NCBI GenBank assembly: GCA_951406725.2
Contig: OX597816.1
Location: 94,984,001 to 95,048,000, forward strand
Direction of reading: 5' to 3'
From: Octopus vulgaris
Taxonomy: Eukaryota
Length of the DNA stretch: 64,000 nt
This document shows positions 1 to 13,560 of the stretch, piece after piece. The translations under genes were made by a program, and so were the position numbers. Positions within the stretch are counted from its first letter, which is position 1. Each line of letters starts with the position of its first letter. The notes beneath the pieces were generated by a model. It was not told the origin of the DNA and did no database searches. It saw only the letters and a program-made list of their open reading frames with translations.

Positions 1-29
1 CTGTGTTTGTCCCTGTATCATTGCTATAT

Positions 30-95
30 ATATAGGAGTGGACTGAGGACTGAGCCTTGATGCAATATCACCAGCACACTAAATTTGTTACTAGT
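30..95 (-). mobile_element. Tiny RTE-type LINE reverse-transcriptase fragment
   Basis: Minus strand reads ...KFSVLVILHQGSVLSPLL, the RT motif also seen in the RTE at ~39935 (VHQGSVLSL). Confidence 0.55.
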
Positions 96-1832
96 TGACT
101 CTAACTTCACATGTAAGTAGCCTTCAGAGCACTCACATACTATTAATCTATAATTAGTTTTTTTTTTTGTCACCACCATTTTACAAAAAGTGGTACTTTG
201 TAAAAGCCCAATCTCTTAGTCATTGAATACCAGCTATAGTGACTTACTATTAAGTAAATATTTCCCTTACTTTGTGGTATTTCTTCTGGACATAAAGCTG
301 AACAGCATTCCATCTAAGCTAATATCAAATGATTGACAACAAGATTGTACTTTTTATTTATCACAAATATTTTATGTAATATTCTTATAATACAAACATT
401 AGTCTTGAACATCTTGTGATTCTGGAGATGCTAAATCTGCAGGAATTTCATATGAAAGATATGCATGAATGGTTTATTGTTCATTACCATGTAGAAGTAA
501 ACATGATAATTAAAAATGTTTCCCTAGATCATAAATCTATACACCAATAGTTTGATACACAGTGGTACACAGATTTGAAAATATGAAAAATTATTTGATG
601 ATCAAATTTGTTACACACTCTTCTATCTCCTTTAACTGGAAATGTTAACATATCTTTGGCTCAAAAAGAAAAGCAATTGCAAAATCAAGAACTGTTGTCT
701 ATAATTCTAAATTTGCTGCATTTATTTAAAAGACTTTTAGGTGGGTAGTGTTGTTGACCTGGTATGCTAGAGGTAATAGCATGGTACTCCAATGTGTCAA
801 ATTTTCACAGAAATGAGGAGTTACCATGGAAACGGTAATGTGCGTTTTACCACTATGATAAGTTTCCAGTGAGATAAATACTGTGACATGTCAGGAAGAG
901 TTTAACAATAACCTCTCAGCATTCGATTTAGAAGTAAAATGTACATAGTTAGGTAGAGATGTGTGTTTGCATGTATGTGTGTGTGTGTGTGTGTGTGTAT
1001 GCGTGCATGTGTGCATGCGTACATGTATATATATATATACACACACACAAATATATATTATATATTATGTGTGTGTGTGTGTGTGTGTGTGTGTCTGTGT
1101 GTATACAGGCATAGATATGTTCACCCACACACAAAAATTCACAAATAGATATACTTTCAATCATTGCACTCAATGTACATACAATGCAAGCATATTACAA
1201 ATGCACACACAGAAATGTAGTTAAATACACATACACGCAAATAACTTCATGCACACATCACACACATATAAATGGTACTTAAGGACTCCCATACCAACAG
1301 ATTCTGACACCTACGTATATACTTACAAAAACACGCTTCTGGATATGACTGCATATTCCTACAAAGACATATTCCAACCTCCCACACATATACTCAAATG
1401 TATTGCTGTTCGCTCCCATCAGTGTCGACACATAAGTGTTCGAAGGAGAGGATTTAAAGAAAAGACAAAAAAAAATGTGAGAAAAAGAGAAAACAACTTT
1501 TAAAAATAAAAGAACAAAAAATATTAAATATATTTGTTGGTGTAACTCTGGGCTAACCAAAGTCTTGTGAGTGGATTTACTAGAAGAAAATTGAAAGAAG
1601 CCTATTGTGTATGTGTGTATGTATGTATGTATGTATGTATGTATGTATGTATGTATGTATGTATGTATTTATGTATGTATGTATTTATTAGAAGAAAAAG
1701 GACAAGACCAAGGCAGGATGAGTATATCAAGTCATTTAGAATATTCAATTAGAGTAAGGTGAATCTGAAGTAATTAATTAGTTAGTTTGTTACTTAATTA
1801 TTGGATGCCTTACAGTTACAAATATTCTAAAT

Positions 1833-2770
1833 CAGTGCTACTCAAGTGGTGGTCCACAGACCGGTACCAGTTCGTGAGCCATCAGCTGGTGGTACATGGC
1901 AGCGAGCTGGCAGAAATGTTAGCATGCTGGGTGAAATGCTTAGCGGTATTTCGTCTGGTGCAACGTTGTGAGTTCAAATTCCGCTGAGGTCGACTTTGCC
2001 TTTCATCCTTTCGGGGTCGATAAATTAAGTACCAGTTACGCACTGGGGTCGATGTAATCGACTTAATACCTATGTCTGTTCTTGTTTGTCCTCTCTATGT
2101 TTAGCCCCTTGTGGGTAATAAAGAAATAGGTACATGGCGAGTTTCCAGAAGAGAAAGAAAAAATAGTATAGTTTCAGTAATTTCTCCTTATGCACTGCAG
2201 TAAACAACTTATCAGCTGGCCCATGGAGCAAGGAACTCACTGACTGTAGTAGAGATTGTATAAGTAAATGTAGTATATTTGTGATTTGGCAATATATTTT
2301 CTATTTACTATAGCTTACTGGTGTAGTATTAAAATTATATTAGTATTTGCACTTGTAGGATGTTGTTACTTGTGCTGTAGAGAGATCAAAAAGAAGTGAG
2401 TCGAGGTAGTGGAGCTCTGGTGAGTGGCAATATCTGGCAACCTTGTGAGTAGGCTGGTCACCCATAGTTACCATCAAGAAGTTGAACAGAGAGCATCATA
2501 CGTCAGAAATAGATATTTGAAGTGTCAGACATAAATAATTGCACTTTGTGGGCTTCTTATAAAGTAGTGCTTTGAATTGCTAAGGCTAAAAAGCTATACA
2601 CAATCGGTGAGATGCTAATGACAGGTTGTATTCAAGATGTCTGCATGGAAACGTTAGGTGAACCAGCAGCAAAGAAAGTGGCTCAGGTGCCACTTTCAAA
2701 TGACACTATAGCTTGATGAATTCACAATCTGACTCAAGATATGGAAAATCAGCTCAAAGGACAGATTAAA
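1833..2770 (+). mobile_element. hAT-Charlie/Buster-type DNA transposon, 5' end plus decayed transposase fragment
   Basis: Terminus CAGTGCTACTCAAGTGGTGGTCC preceded by TTCTAAAT (fits the NTCTARAN target). 2540-2770 translates ALWASYKVVL*IAKAKKLYTIGEMLMTGCIQDVCMETLGEPAAKKVAQVPLSNDTIA**IHNLTQDMENQLK, typical of Charlie/ZBED5-like transposases. Interrupted by a SINE. Confidence 0.8.
1898..2128 (+). mobile_element. tRNA-derived SINE family A, full length, with TSD
   Basis: Head GGCAGCGAGCTGGCAGAA, B-box-like GAGTTCAAATTCC, core GTCGACTTTGCCTTTCATCCTTTCGGGGTCGATAAA; flanked by GGTACAT(GGC) at 1891 and 2129; many copies in the window. Confidence 0.9.
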
Positions 2771-3082
2771 TTAAAAAGTGGGAGTAATTTTTGAAAAAAT
2801 TTACCAAAGACACTAAAAATTAAATATGCTGATTCTTCAACTTTTGTCTAGCTGAAAAGATATTCTTTTAATGACAAATTCACCACAAGAGGCAAAACTT
2901 GTGTTTGAAAATCTAAAAAGAAATTTCTGGAAAAAAGTTGTTAACAAAAAAGGGAAATGAAATTTTGAAATGTTGTTTACTTTTGGTAAAATTGTAATCT
3001 CAGTAGTTGAAAATGTAGGAATCTAAAGAAATAGAAAAAAAAATGTGGGTTGATAAAATAACTATGTGACATATTCATCTGA

Positions 3083-3116
<34 letters not shown>

Positions 3117-4035
3117 TTATAAGCTCCATTGTTGCCTTATGTAAGTATATCATGTTCATAAATAGTGTAAGAAAACTGAAATGATGTGAAAAAAGTTTTT
3201 TTTTTTCATTTTTTATTTTTATCTTTTATTGCAGCTTAAATTGATGTCTAGCTTTCACCTTGTCCTCAGTATGTCAATCAAATCTTCACCTTAAACCTTT
3301 AAATTCCGACAGAATTATTTACCAGCTGCTGGATTCTCTTAGTTTGTCCTGGCCTGCTTTCTTCACAATCTCCAGGTAGTGGTTGTGTGGTCTGAAGAAA
3401 TTCTCTTCTTGATCATAAGATTCTGGTGGTTTGACCATATTGCATAGCATCTTGAGTAGGAATCTTTGACCATAGTCATGGTTTGAGCAATATTTCGTTA
3501 GATGGAAACTGGGCAAAAACCATCACATACATATGCACATCTGCATAGAAGTCTGTGTCAGTGTCTGTGTGTGTGAGTGTGTGTGTGTGAAGGAGATAGA
3601 CAAAGAGAGGGAGAGAGAGAAAGAAAGAAGAGAGAAAGAGAGAGAGAGAGAGAGAAAAAGAAAGAGAAAGAGAGAAAGAGGGAGAGGGAAAGAGAAAGAA
3701 AAAAGAGGGTGAGGAAGAGAGAAAGAGAGAGAGAGAGAGAGAATGTATATGTGTGTGTGTAAAACTTTTACCCTTGTTAATCAGTAAGAAAACTAAAAAA
3801 CTGATGTTTTTGAAAGATCCTCTTGTTATTTTTGCAATCAGAATTGCAATGTGCCAGTGTCTGCATCATTACAAATATAACTAACAACAATATTGTCTAC
3901 AAATTGTAATATAAAATAAATATATAAGAATAAAAATTCTAGAACCATTAATTCTGCGTCCACTAATCAGTTGTTTCTAGATGGGCATTCAGAAAATGCA
4001 TTCCAGTAAGTCCCACCTCTACTTTCTTATCATCC

Positions 4036-4070
<35 letters not shown>

Positions 4071-4367
4071 CCTCTCCCTCTTCCTATCTCTCTCTCTCTC
4101 TATTATTAATTTCTAACTTTGTGTAGGTAAATGAGCATGGTTAAAATTTTGCACTACTGATTACATGGTTATAAATTCATTAAATCAAACTTATAATAAT
4201 TGTGTTATGCCCTTCTAAAAATACCTAATTTAGTGGTCCTACTTTGTCAGAGATGCATGCACACACAAAAAAAAGAAACCCTCTCCTATTTCATGGTTGA
4301 GAAGTTAGTAATAGGATAGACATTCTGCTGTAAAAAATTTTCTCCTGAAGTAAACTTTTCTTCTCTA

Positions 4368-4682
4368 AGCACAAGGCCCGAAATTTTGGGGGAGGAGGCC
4401 AGTTGATTAGATCGACCCCAGTATGCAACTGGTACTTAATTTATCGACTCCAGTATGCAAATGGCACTTAATTTATCGACCCCAAAAGGATGAAAGGCAA
4501 AGTCAAACAAGGACAGACAAATGGATTAAGTTGATTGTGCATAACTGGTACTTATTTAATCGACCCCGAAAGGATGACACGCAAAGTCAACCTCAGTGGA
4601 ATTTGAACTCAGAATGTAGTGGAAGACGAAATACCGCTAAGTATTTTGCCCGGCATGCTAACGATTCTGCTTGTTCGCCGCT
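4368..4682 (-). mobile_element. SINE family A with internal duplication
   Basis: Reverse complement of the 1898-2128 core; the CCAGTATGCAA..ACTTAATTTATCGAC segment is repeated. Confidence 0.85.
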
Positions 4683-4959
4683 TTTCTCCAGAAGTAAACT
4701 GTTCCACTCAAGCAAAGAGGAAAACAGGGTTATAAGACTGTTCACTAATATTTTTGTTATGATTAGTTGATTCTTGGTTAAGTGAGTTTATGTTATATTC
4801 ATGATATATTTTTCTTCTGCCTTACTATCTAAAAAAATTAAACTCTGCTCTTACTTAAAAAGGGCAAGTTTTAGTTAAACTGAACGTCTGCAATAGAGGA
4901 ATTGACAGATCTTATCCTGAAGGTTGTGCTTAATTAAATCTAGAGATAGAAATAATGAT

Positions 4960-5380
4960 TCCTAACAGAGGCACAGAAATTTTTAAGGAAAAGTGCAATA
5001 AATTTAATTGACCACCATCTGCTCCCACCAGTACTCCTTTGATGTTCATATTATTAACACTAGAAAGATGAAAGGCACAGTTAACATTTGTAGAAAGTGA
5101 ACTCAGAATGTAAAGGAACACAGTTGACTTTTTACTGATTCTTTCAATCCCTGCCCCCAATGATGATAATAGCAGTTTCTGGTATGTGCACAAGGTCGAA
5201 ATTTGCAGAAAGGGGACTAGATGGTTATATTGATTCCAGTGCTTGATAGTTATTTTATCTTATTTATATTAGAAAGATGAAAGGCAAACTTGACTATGGC
5301 TGGATTTTAATGCTGAATGGTAAGAGCTGGAACAAATATCACAAGGCATTTTGTTTGAAATTGATAATTCTGTTAATCCA
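4960..5380 (-). mobile_element. Two degraded SINE family A copies
   Basis: Degenerate AAAGATGAAAGGCA...GAACTCAGAATGTA motifs. Confidence 0.6.
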
Positions 5381-5479
5381 CTGCATTGATGATGATGATG
5401 ATGATGATGATGATGACAATGACGACGACGACGACGACGACGATGGTTTCAAATTTTGGCACAAGGCCAGCAATTTTAG

Positions 5480-5706
5480 CAATTTTTGCACAAAATCATC
5501 AAAGATAACTTATGAATGTTCAACTATTGCTTAATGACCTGCACAAATGATTTGTTTAAAGTGATCAAATGTCTGTGCCATACACTGGCTCACTCCCTCC
5601 ATCATTCATATTGACGTTGCCTGAGCAGGTTCATGGTGTACCATGTGTCAGGTGTCGAAGTGACCACAGAACAATGTAAGATGAAGTGTTTTGATCAAGA
5701 ACACCC
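5480..5706 (-). mobile_element. SINE family D-like fragment
   Basis: CAATGTAAGATGAAGTGTTTTGATCAAGAACAC resembles 63088-63121. Confidence 0.5.
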
Positions 5707-6788
5707 TATCTACTAGATGTTGCATCCTAACAACAATGACTTCTTTACTGACGACATTAAGAAAATCATTATGGATGGTACAGGACAAGATAAAGTCAGT
5801 GTGTGCATATGTGTGTGATTGCCTGTTGTTGCGAGGGTTTTGCATGTAAACAGGTTTAATGTAATAAGAAAAATAAACAATAATTTTTATTTTTATTTAC
5901 CAAGGCTTATTCCCCATATAAACGGGTAGCCACAACAAAACATACACCAGGCATTTCATTCATTTCCCAGCTCAAAGAGGTGAGCCCCATCCTTGATATG
6001 ACTCTAAACTGCATCCAGTAGGGGGACCCTGGGGCCCTGGTTTCTCAGGTCTACTCTGACCTCTGGCCTCTGGCCTGGACCTGTAAGGGTCCCAGCTATG
6101 GGTTTACTAGCAAACCTTCTGCAACTGGGGAGGGGGCTGGTAGAATGCAGTTGCTGTACTCTCTGCATGGTGTAAGAAGTGACTGAAAGGGGTGGGAGCA
6201 AAGGGACTGGGAATCCACTCTTAGTAATTCTGTTTCCTAAAAAGACAACAAGTAAATGATAATAATAATGATAATAATAATAATAATTTATAATATAGGC
6301 ATTACTTCTGAAAGTTATTGATCATGTGAGTTGTGTTTCTGGCAATGTCTTGTGTACGAGTTCTTTGAAATGTTCCACTTTGTTAAAAAAAAATGCCTAT
6401 TTTTCACTACCACCCCTTGAAAGACTTGTTTTGCTATCATTGCATGACAAGGACATGATGTTTGAGACACTTCAGTCAGATCATACAGTGTGTATACATG
6501 TGCTTTGTATTTGTTGAATTGCCTTTGTATTGTTTGTGTTGTTGGTGGTGCTGGAGGTGAAACTTTTCTCATAAGTTGTGGTGTTAGTCTCTGCTGTCAA
6601 CATTGGTGATAAAGGTAGTGGTGAAGATATTACTGCTTCTGTTCTAGCTGGAGGTGTTGATGTTTTTGATGTGTCTTCTTTTACTGTTGTTGCTACTACT
6701 ACTTCTGTTGTCAGTGGTTTTGCTGTTGTGTTTGTAGTATCTGCAGAAGTTGGGGAGTTTCTCATTTCAAATTTTGCTGCACCACAAA

Positions 6789-6855
6789 TGAGGTGATGTC
6801 AAAAAGTTCCTGGACTATTTCTGAAATGCATCAACAGATGGCAGCACATGGTTGC
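6789..6855 (+). mobile_element. Isolated mariner terminal inverted repeat
   Basis: TGAGGTGATGTCAAAAAGTTCCTGGACT...CAGATGGCAGCAC resembles the mariner TIRs at 12017 and 20892. Confidence 0.5.
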
Positions 6856-6859
6856 CATC

Positions 6860-7206
6860 TAGTTTGCCAGCCCTCAGTCAAATCGTCCAACCCATGCTAG
6901 CATGGAAAGCAGACATTAAACGATGATGATGATGATAATGATGATGATGATGATGATGAATTGTTAATATGCTGAATAAAATATTTAGCAGCATTTCTTC
7001 TGAGTTTAAATTCTGCTGAGCTTGACTTTGCCTTTCATCCTTTCGGGGTTGATGAAATAAGTCCCTGTTGAGCACTGGGGCCAATGTAATTGGGTAACCC
7101 CCTCCCATCAAACTTCAGGCCTTGTGCAGAATGTGAACTCAGCATGTAAAGAACCACATGAAATACTGCAATGTTTTCTCCAATACTCTAATGATTCTGC
7201 CAGCTC
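6860..7206. mobile_element. Family C 3' tail with (GAT)n, then SINE A (+, 6959-7127) abutting an inverted SINE A fragment (7128-7206)
   Basis: CAACCCATGCTAGCATGGAAAGC..(GAT)n tail; GACTTTGCCTTTCATCCTTTCGGGG core; reverse fragment ending GATTCTGCCAGCTC. Confidence 0.75.
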
Positions 7207-7694
7207 AGTGATAATAACAATTTACTTTGAATGTTGGAAACATTGGCCATGAGTAATGCTGCACCAATAATAAACAGATACATTAAACATGCCATGGGTA
7301 AACAGCAAATGATTCTACAGAAACAGACAAAAGAGGGAATTATAAAATCTAACTTCATTTCTAAGGGAGGACAAATACTCTCAGAATATATAGGATTTTT
7401 ACCCTTTTTACAGTGAGAAGTCAATAGTAAAAAAAAAGAAGCTAACAAATAAAATTGCCCAAAAGATAGAAGAGAAGATAAAAAAAGTTACTCCTATACA
7501 ACAGTTGTATGGATTGGAACTTTGGCATGATATAGAAATAAAAATGCTTCCTAGTCTTTTAGTTTTTCTACAATTTAACATCAGATTTTGAAGTAGACAA
7601 TAACCAGAGTAATAATATGTATTGATATTTCTATCAGAGAAAATCAATTTGATCAATGCTATAAGAATCCCAAAAGATTAACAGCATTTTGCTG

Positions 7695-7870
7695 TCAAAA
7701 ACATTTGTTCTTCCAGCTTTGAGATGTGCAATCCAATTATAAATGGTTGCATTACATGGCCGATTTGTTCCATAAGTTTCATTCAAATTATTGAATAATA
7801 ATCTGTGATTGAAAAATCTTGTTCAAAAGAGGGAAAGGGATAATACTTTGTCAGTTTCTCTTGTCACACA
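7695..7870 (-). mobile_element. Mariner transposase N-terminal (HTH) remnant
   Basis: Minus strand reads LFNNLNETYGTNRPCNATIYNWIAHLKAGRTNVFD, matching the mariner pattern (VYG..S.STV..W...FK.GRTS..D). Confidence 0.6.
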
Positions 7871-8121
7871 TAATTTTGAATTATGCTTTTTATGTAAAGT
7901 TAAGTAAAGATTGAAATGCTACTATATATGTGAGTGCGTGTGTGTGTGTTTGAGGTAGTGCATGTGTGTCTGTCTCAATCTGTATGTGTGTGTGTGTTCA
8001 TGTTTATGAATAAGTATGTATGCTGATTTTCATAATTAGATTAGTTTCAACGGCTTTATATCTTCTGGTCAACCGTAGAGACTTAATGGAGTCCCCAGCT
8101 GTATGAGTATCCTTACGTGTA

Positions 8122-8189
<68 letters not shown>

Positions 8190-8300
8190 AGTCTGTCTGT
8201 CTGTCTATCTATCTGTGTGTGTGTGTGTATGTGTGTGCGTGTATGTGTGTGTGTTGTGTGCGTGTGTGTGTGTGCGTGTGTGCATGTGTGTATGTATGCA
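8122..8300. repeat. (ATCT)n/(GT)n compound microsatellite
   Basis: Direct reading. Confidence 0.95.
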
Positions 8301-8573
8301 TCAAGATCATCATTACCATTTTGCCATTGTCATTGTCATCATCATTGTCACCATCTTTGTATTATGTATGCTTTCCTGCTGTTGCATTGGACAGGTACCA
8401 CTGTTGAAGTCACCACATATTTTGGGGTACTGTTTATCAAGACAGGTCACATGTTTCATTTTGGGATTTATTTCTATGACTGGACGCCCTTCACACTTTT
8501 AGAGTGTTTAGCAAGTGCCGTTCACGCAGTGCCAACTCAAGAGCTGTATCACATTCTTGAAAAGACTATATAT

Positions 8574-8698
<125 letters not shown>

Positions 8699-8827
8699 TA
8701 ATGGAAAAATTTAATCATCACTAAATGTGCCTAGCTGTTTATAATAATTTTTAGTATACATACATATTTTCTACATATATATATGCATGAATAAATATAC
8801 ATACATTCATATATATATATATGTATG

Positions 8828-8900
<73 letters not shown>

Positions 8901-8919
8901 ATATTTATATATATATAAA

Positions 8920-9217
8920 AAAAAGCACCATCCGTTTGTGTCCGTTGCCAGCCTCGCCTGGCCCCCGTGCCGGTGGCACATAAAAGCACCATCTGTTCGT
9001 GGCCGTTTGCAAGCTCCGTCTGGCACCTGTGCGGGTGGCACGTAAAAAGCACCCACTACACTCACGGAGTGGTTGGCGTTAGGAAGGGCATCCAGCTGTA
9101 GAAACACTGCCAGATCAGACTGGGCCTGATGCAGCCTTCTGGCTTCACAGACCCCAGTTGAACCGTCCAACCCATGCTAGCATGGAAAGCGGACGCTAAA
9201 TGATGATGATGATGATG
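8920..9217 (+). mobile_element. Retroposon family C with ~60-bp internal tandem subunits and (GAT)n tail
   Basis: Repeated GGTGGCACRTAAAA(A)GCACC subunits, then GAGTGGTTGGCGTTAGGAAGGGCATCCAGCTGTAGAAAC...CAACCCATGCTAGCATGGAAAGCGGACG(GAT)n; copies at 22215, 36203, 44269. Confidence 0.85.
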
Positions 9218-10086
9218 ATAAACATACACACACACATGATACACTACTGTAAATACTCTTATATAGAGGTGTGTATGCTTGTGTGTTTGTGCGTGAATAT
9301 GTTCTTATATACTTAAGTGAATATTCACACATAAGTAATATACACACTTAGATGTATAATTATATGTGGGATTAAATAGGTGTGACTATGTGGGTGGAGC
9401 TGTTTAAGATGGTTTACATTTCAGGGCAAATATATCTCTGTGAAGTGAGTGCATTGATACTGTATATCCACTACAGTATTTTGCAAAGTTGCTTGAAATC
9501 TCGCCTCTAAGGCAATTAAAGAAGCTGTTTATTTGAATAGATAATAAATATTTGCTAAAGTCAATATTATTTTATATTTTGTCATGAGTAGGTGTTGAGA
9601 CATTGATATATTCTAAGTTGGCTGTGTCTACTGAGGCTCATTGAAGAAGGTGTTGGTCTCTACAATAATGTAGGATGTGCATACTTTACCACTGGGATTG
9701 TAGTTCTTGTTGTGCAGCCCTTGGTTACTTTTCAATAAGCGGATTTAATGTTCTATGGCATTGCAGATGTGAATAATCCATTGTGTAGATATTGCATGTG
9801 TCTTTTTTCTAAGATGGTTAAGTATCACTATCATTATAGTGCCCACTTTTCCATGGATTAAATGGAATTTATCGAGGCAGATTCTCTACAGTTTGATGGC
9901 CTACCTGTTGCCAACTCTTACCTTTTTCAAGCAAGGTAATATTTTCCTATGGCCAGACATGTTTTTGAAGAATATTGGAAATGAATGACATTCATTTGCA
10001 ACAGTCATCCTATGTCAAGACAGGATAGCACACACACACACATATGCACATGTGCACACACGCTCGTGTGCACATGCACGCACACT

Positions 10087-10240
10087 GAGCTTCTTTCAGT
10101 TTCTCTTTCTACCAAATTCACTCACAAGGCTTTAGTCAGCCTGGAGCTGTAGTAGAAGATATGTGCCTAAGGTGCTACTTGGTGGGACTGAATCCCAAAC
10201 CATATAGTTGGGAAGCAAACTTCTTACCTCACAACTATGC
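10087..10240 (-). mobile_element. tRNA-derived SINE family B, 5' part
   Basis: Reverse complement of the 42620/46520 head. Confidence 0.8.
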
Positions 10241-10669
10241 TTAATTTGAGTATGATTAGAGAAAAATTTGGTTTTTATATCAAGCAGTAATTGCGTAGAA
10301 GCTTCTACACTGCAGTAATCTTGATGCATGTCTGTTTAAATATCTGTGTAAATATCTTGTGATTAAACTGACAATTCACTAGTAAGTAGTATCTATAGAG
10401 ATGCAGTAGATATCTGTTATAATAATGTTGGTGAAGATATAATGCCACCATAGTGGCCGTATTTATGTTGTGCTGGCTGGAGTATTGTAATGGTGGTTGT
10501 GATGTAATAGAGACTGTAGCTGTGCATATGTGTATGAAGTGTTGTTGGCAGCTGTATCTGTGTGATACTGTCTGAGAGATGTGGTGGTAGCAATAGCTAT
10601 GATGGCTAGAGTATTGTGGTGGTCACTATGGTCTTGTTGTGGTAGGTATATACATATATTGTAAAGGAT

Positions 10670-10945
10670 ATTTGGCTCATAATTGTGAGTTCAATTCTTG
10701 GCAACGTGTTGTGTCTTTGAGCAAGACACTTTATTTCATGTTGCTCCAGTCCACTCAGCTTGCAATATTGGGTAGTATCTGTATTTCAAAGGGCCAACCT
10801 GGTCACATTCTGTGTCATGCTGAATCTCCCTGAGAACTACATTAAGGGTTTGTGGATTGCTCAGCCACTTGCACGTTAATTTCATGAGCAGGCCGCTTTG
10901 TTGATCGGATCAACTGGAACCCTTGTCATCGTAAGAGGAAGCACC
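10670..10945 (+). mobile_element. tRNA-derived SINE family D
   Basis: GTGAGTTCAATTC...GTTGTGTCTTTGAGCAAGACACTTTATTTCATGTTGCTCCAGTCCACTCAGCT, shared with 62859-63200 (-). Confidence 0.75.
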
Positions 10946-11042
10946 AGTTTGGTCATATACTGGGGTTACTGTATTTAATTGTTCTCTCTGTCTAGAACTG
11001 TGACTCTGTACCAATGTAAGAAATCATTATTGTTATTATCAT

Positions 11043-11213
11043 GGAGGTAGTGAGTTGGCAGAATCATTAGCATGTTGGACGAAATGTTTAGTGGCATTTC
11101 TTCCAGCTTTATGTTTTGAGTTCAAATTCTTCCAAGGTTGACTTTGCTTTCCATCCTTTTGAGGCTGACAAAATAAGTACCAATTAAGCACTGAGGGTTG
11201 ATGCAATTGACAG
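11043..11213 (+). mobile_element. SINE family A, degraded
   Basis: GAGTTGGCAGAATCATTAGCATG...GGTTGACTTTGCTTTCCATCCTTTTGAGG. Confidence 0.8.
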
Positions 11214-11244
11214 GTTTACACTTTTATCACCTTTAAAGTATTCT

Positions 11245-12017
11245 TCATTTGAAGAAATGCATTGGTCCAGGTGTGTCAGGTGTGTTTTCCACTATCTGAA
11301 ACTGCTGGAACTCTTGTGAAGTGATGCCTTTCAATGCTTCCATCGTTTTTTTTTCACCTCTTTCACATCTGTAAGTTCCATAGCACCAGCTTTTATCACC
11401 AGTGATGACCTTTGAAAAAAGGTCTGGATCAACTTCCAACTGTTCTTTCAGTTCATGACATGCATCCAGTTGTGATTGCTTTTGATCTTCCATGAGCAAG
11501 TGAGGCACAAATTTAGATGCAACTTTTTTTCATTCACAATTCCTTGCTCAAAATTTGTTGGCAGGAGCTCTAGGACATACCAGTCACATCAACAAGTTCG
11601 TCAATTGTTCATGAATTTTCATGCTATTTTCATTCGTTCAGGAGGTTGACAGTCGTCCTGAATGAGGTTGGTCTTACAACAACAAGTGACCCTTCCTAAA
11701 GCATGGAAACTACTCGTAAACTTGTGTTTTGGTCATGGTAGCATCCTTGAAAGCTGTTCGAAGCATGACAACTGTTGTGGCTGCTGTTTTCCCCAGCAGA
11801 AAACAGAATTTCATGGAAGCATATTGTTCCTTCATTTCAGCCATTGCAAAAATCAATGAATAGGGTAGAAACACTGTAAAACAAAGATGCACCACATGAA
11901 AGTAGTACTCCACTGATGATGCTGGTTGGCAGACTGATGCATTAAGTGCCTGAAGCCTGAACTACAACAGGTTTGTCCCACAGAGAACGTTTCTGGTTAC
12001 TTTTGGATACCCCCTCG
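11245..12017 (-). mobile_element. Internally deleted mariner transposon
   Basis: 5' TIR TA|CGAGGGGGTATCCAAAAGT at 12017; ORF pieces MKEQYASMKFCFLLGKTAATTVVMLRTAFKDA..KTQVYE and VPHLLMEDQKQSQLDAC...KVITGDKSWCYG; region after the first catalytic D is deleted. Confidence 0.9.
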
Positions 12018-12718
12018 TATGTTTGAAGGAAAAGTTGTTCCTTATATGAACACATACATGTATGTGTGTGTGTGTGTGAGCGCACAAATACAAACATATA
12101 CATCAGGAAGCTACTATGTTTTGATAGATGTGCCACATTAATGTGCATGTATGGCAAAGTGCAATAATGATGAGAGAAAAACTGAACATAAGAGGAATCA
12201 GATGTAGTGTGCAAGAGAGAAGTCTGTGGTTATCACTAACAACCACAGCCACTGGTTCATGTGTATGCCACTTATCTGTCACTTAGGATCTGCACATTCA
12301 GCTAACATCACAATGCATTCTTCTACTGAAACACTCATGCATACACTTACACTCTTTTTTGCTAGCTTATTGAATTCCCTTTCCACAATTCTGCGTTTGC
12401 TCTCTGACTGAGTTTTACCAGTCTTTATCATTATTAAATTCATTCTAATTTTCATCAAATTTCCATCTGTCAGCCTCACCCAGTATTTCTTTACTTTTAA
12501 CATCCTCAGTTTGTTACATGAATCAGCCATGTAATTTCTTCCCTTTCCAATTATCCATCCTATTATCTTTCATTGTTGGCTGTCCTGCTGTATTAAGTCT
12601 AAACATGTGCTCTACCCATCTCATCTAATGTTAGCAGCTGCTACTACCAATGCTTGCTAGCATGCTCCACTGATGCCCATTAATCACGACTGTTCCAGGA
12701 TGAAAGAGGATGACCCTG

Positions 12719-13056
12719 GTCTTGTTTCCCTCACTTCCTCTCTCCCCCTTCCTGTTCCAGTGGGGCCTCTTGACCATTAATGTCACAGCCTTACAACTCA
12801 TCTCACCCCCACCCTCGATCTCAAAGATCATTTCCTCACTTCCCTCCATGTTAAAATCTGCCATCCAACTGGGTGGAGGCCTCACATGCTGTGATCTCTG
12901 TACACAGGGAGCCTTGTTCTCTTCCTCTCCTCCACCTTCATCGTCTGATGAAGTGACAATTCTGCGAACATCCAAGGCAGAAACGTCTTGCTTCCCTCAC
13001 TTCCTCTCTTCCCCTTCCTGCTCTGGTGGGGCCCCTTGATCATTGTCGTCACAGCC
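12719..13056. repeat. ~70-bp direct repeat pair (12719-12790, 12985-13056) in a GC-richer segment
   Basis: GTCTTG(T/C)TTCCCTCACTTCCTCTC..CCCCTTCCTG...GTCACAGCC twice, 266 bp apart. Confidence 0.8.
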
Positions 13057-13504
13057 CTTTTCTTCCTGCTCATCCCATTCCCATATACCTGAGTAAATAC
13101 ATCTATTGTGAATCTGTACTGTGTTTCATAACCATGAAATTGATGTAATGATCACAACAGTGATATTGTGCTTGGCTGAGGTTAAATCTATTGTAAGGCC
13201 ATAGAAGTGGTTCCCTTTAAGAATTATTGTAAGCATGACAGCTGCAATAACCTTCTCTAGTAAATCCATTGATAGACCAGGGTGACACTTACTGTAGTAA
13301 CCATAGTGATGTTTACTTCAACATCTCCCATCTCTGATCATAAAGTCCCATTTTTAAATGTTGGTTGAGTGAAGAATTGCATGAGAAAACTAGTTTTAGA
13401 TAAATGAAATAAGATAGAAATTAATTTTAAAATTCTGTATTGATTAAGCTGTTAGTTATAATGTGTGTGTGCATGAGAGAGAGAGAGAGGGAGAGAGAGA
13501 GGGA

Positions 13505-13560
<56 letters not shown>

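Noticed and set aside
6004-6240. GC-richer minus-strand segment after a possible splice acceptor
   Set aside because: No recognisable protein similarity and no open frame linking acceptor to donor
6315-6796. Thr-rich ORF 6481-6765 (-) as a mucin-like host exon
   Set aside because: Stop codons follow in frame, no supporting splice structure or neighbouring exons; more likely a decayed retroelement 5' region
8920-9055. CRISPR-like repeat-spacer pattern (GGTGGCACGTAAAAGCACC + variable segments; also 22215-22365)
   Set aside because: Eukaryotic context, only 2-3 units, spacers are related to each other; these are internal subrepeats of retroposon family C
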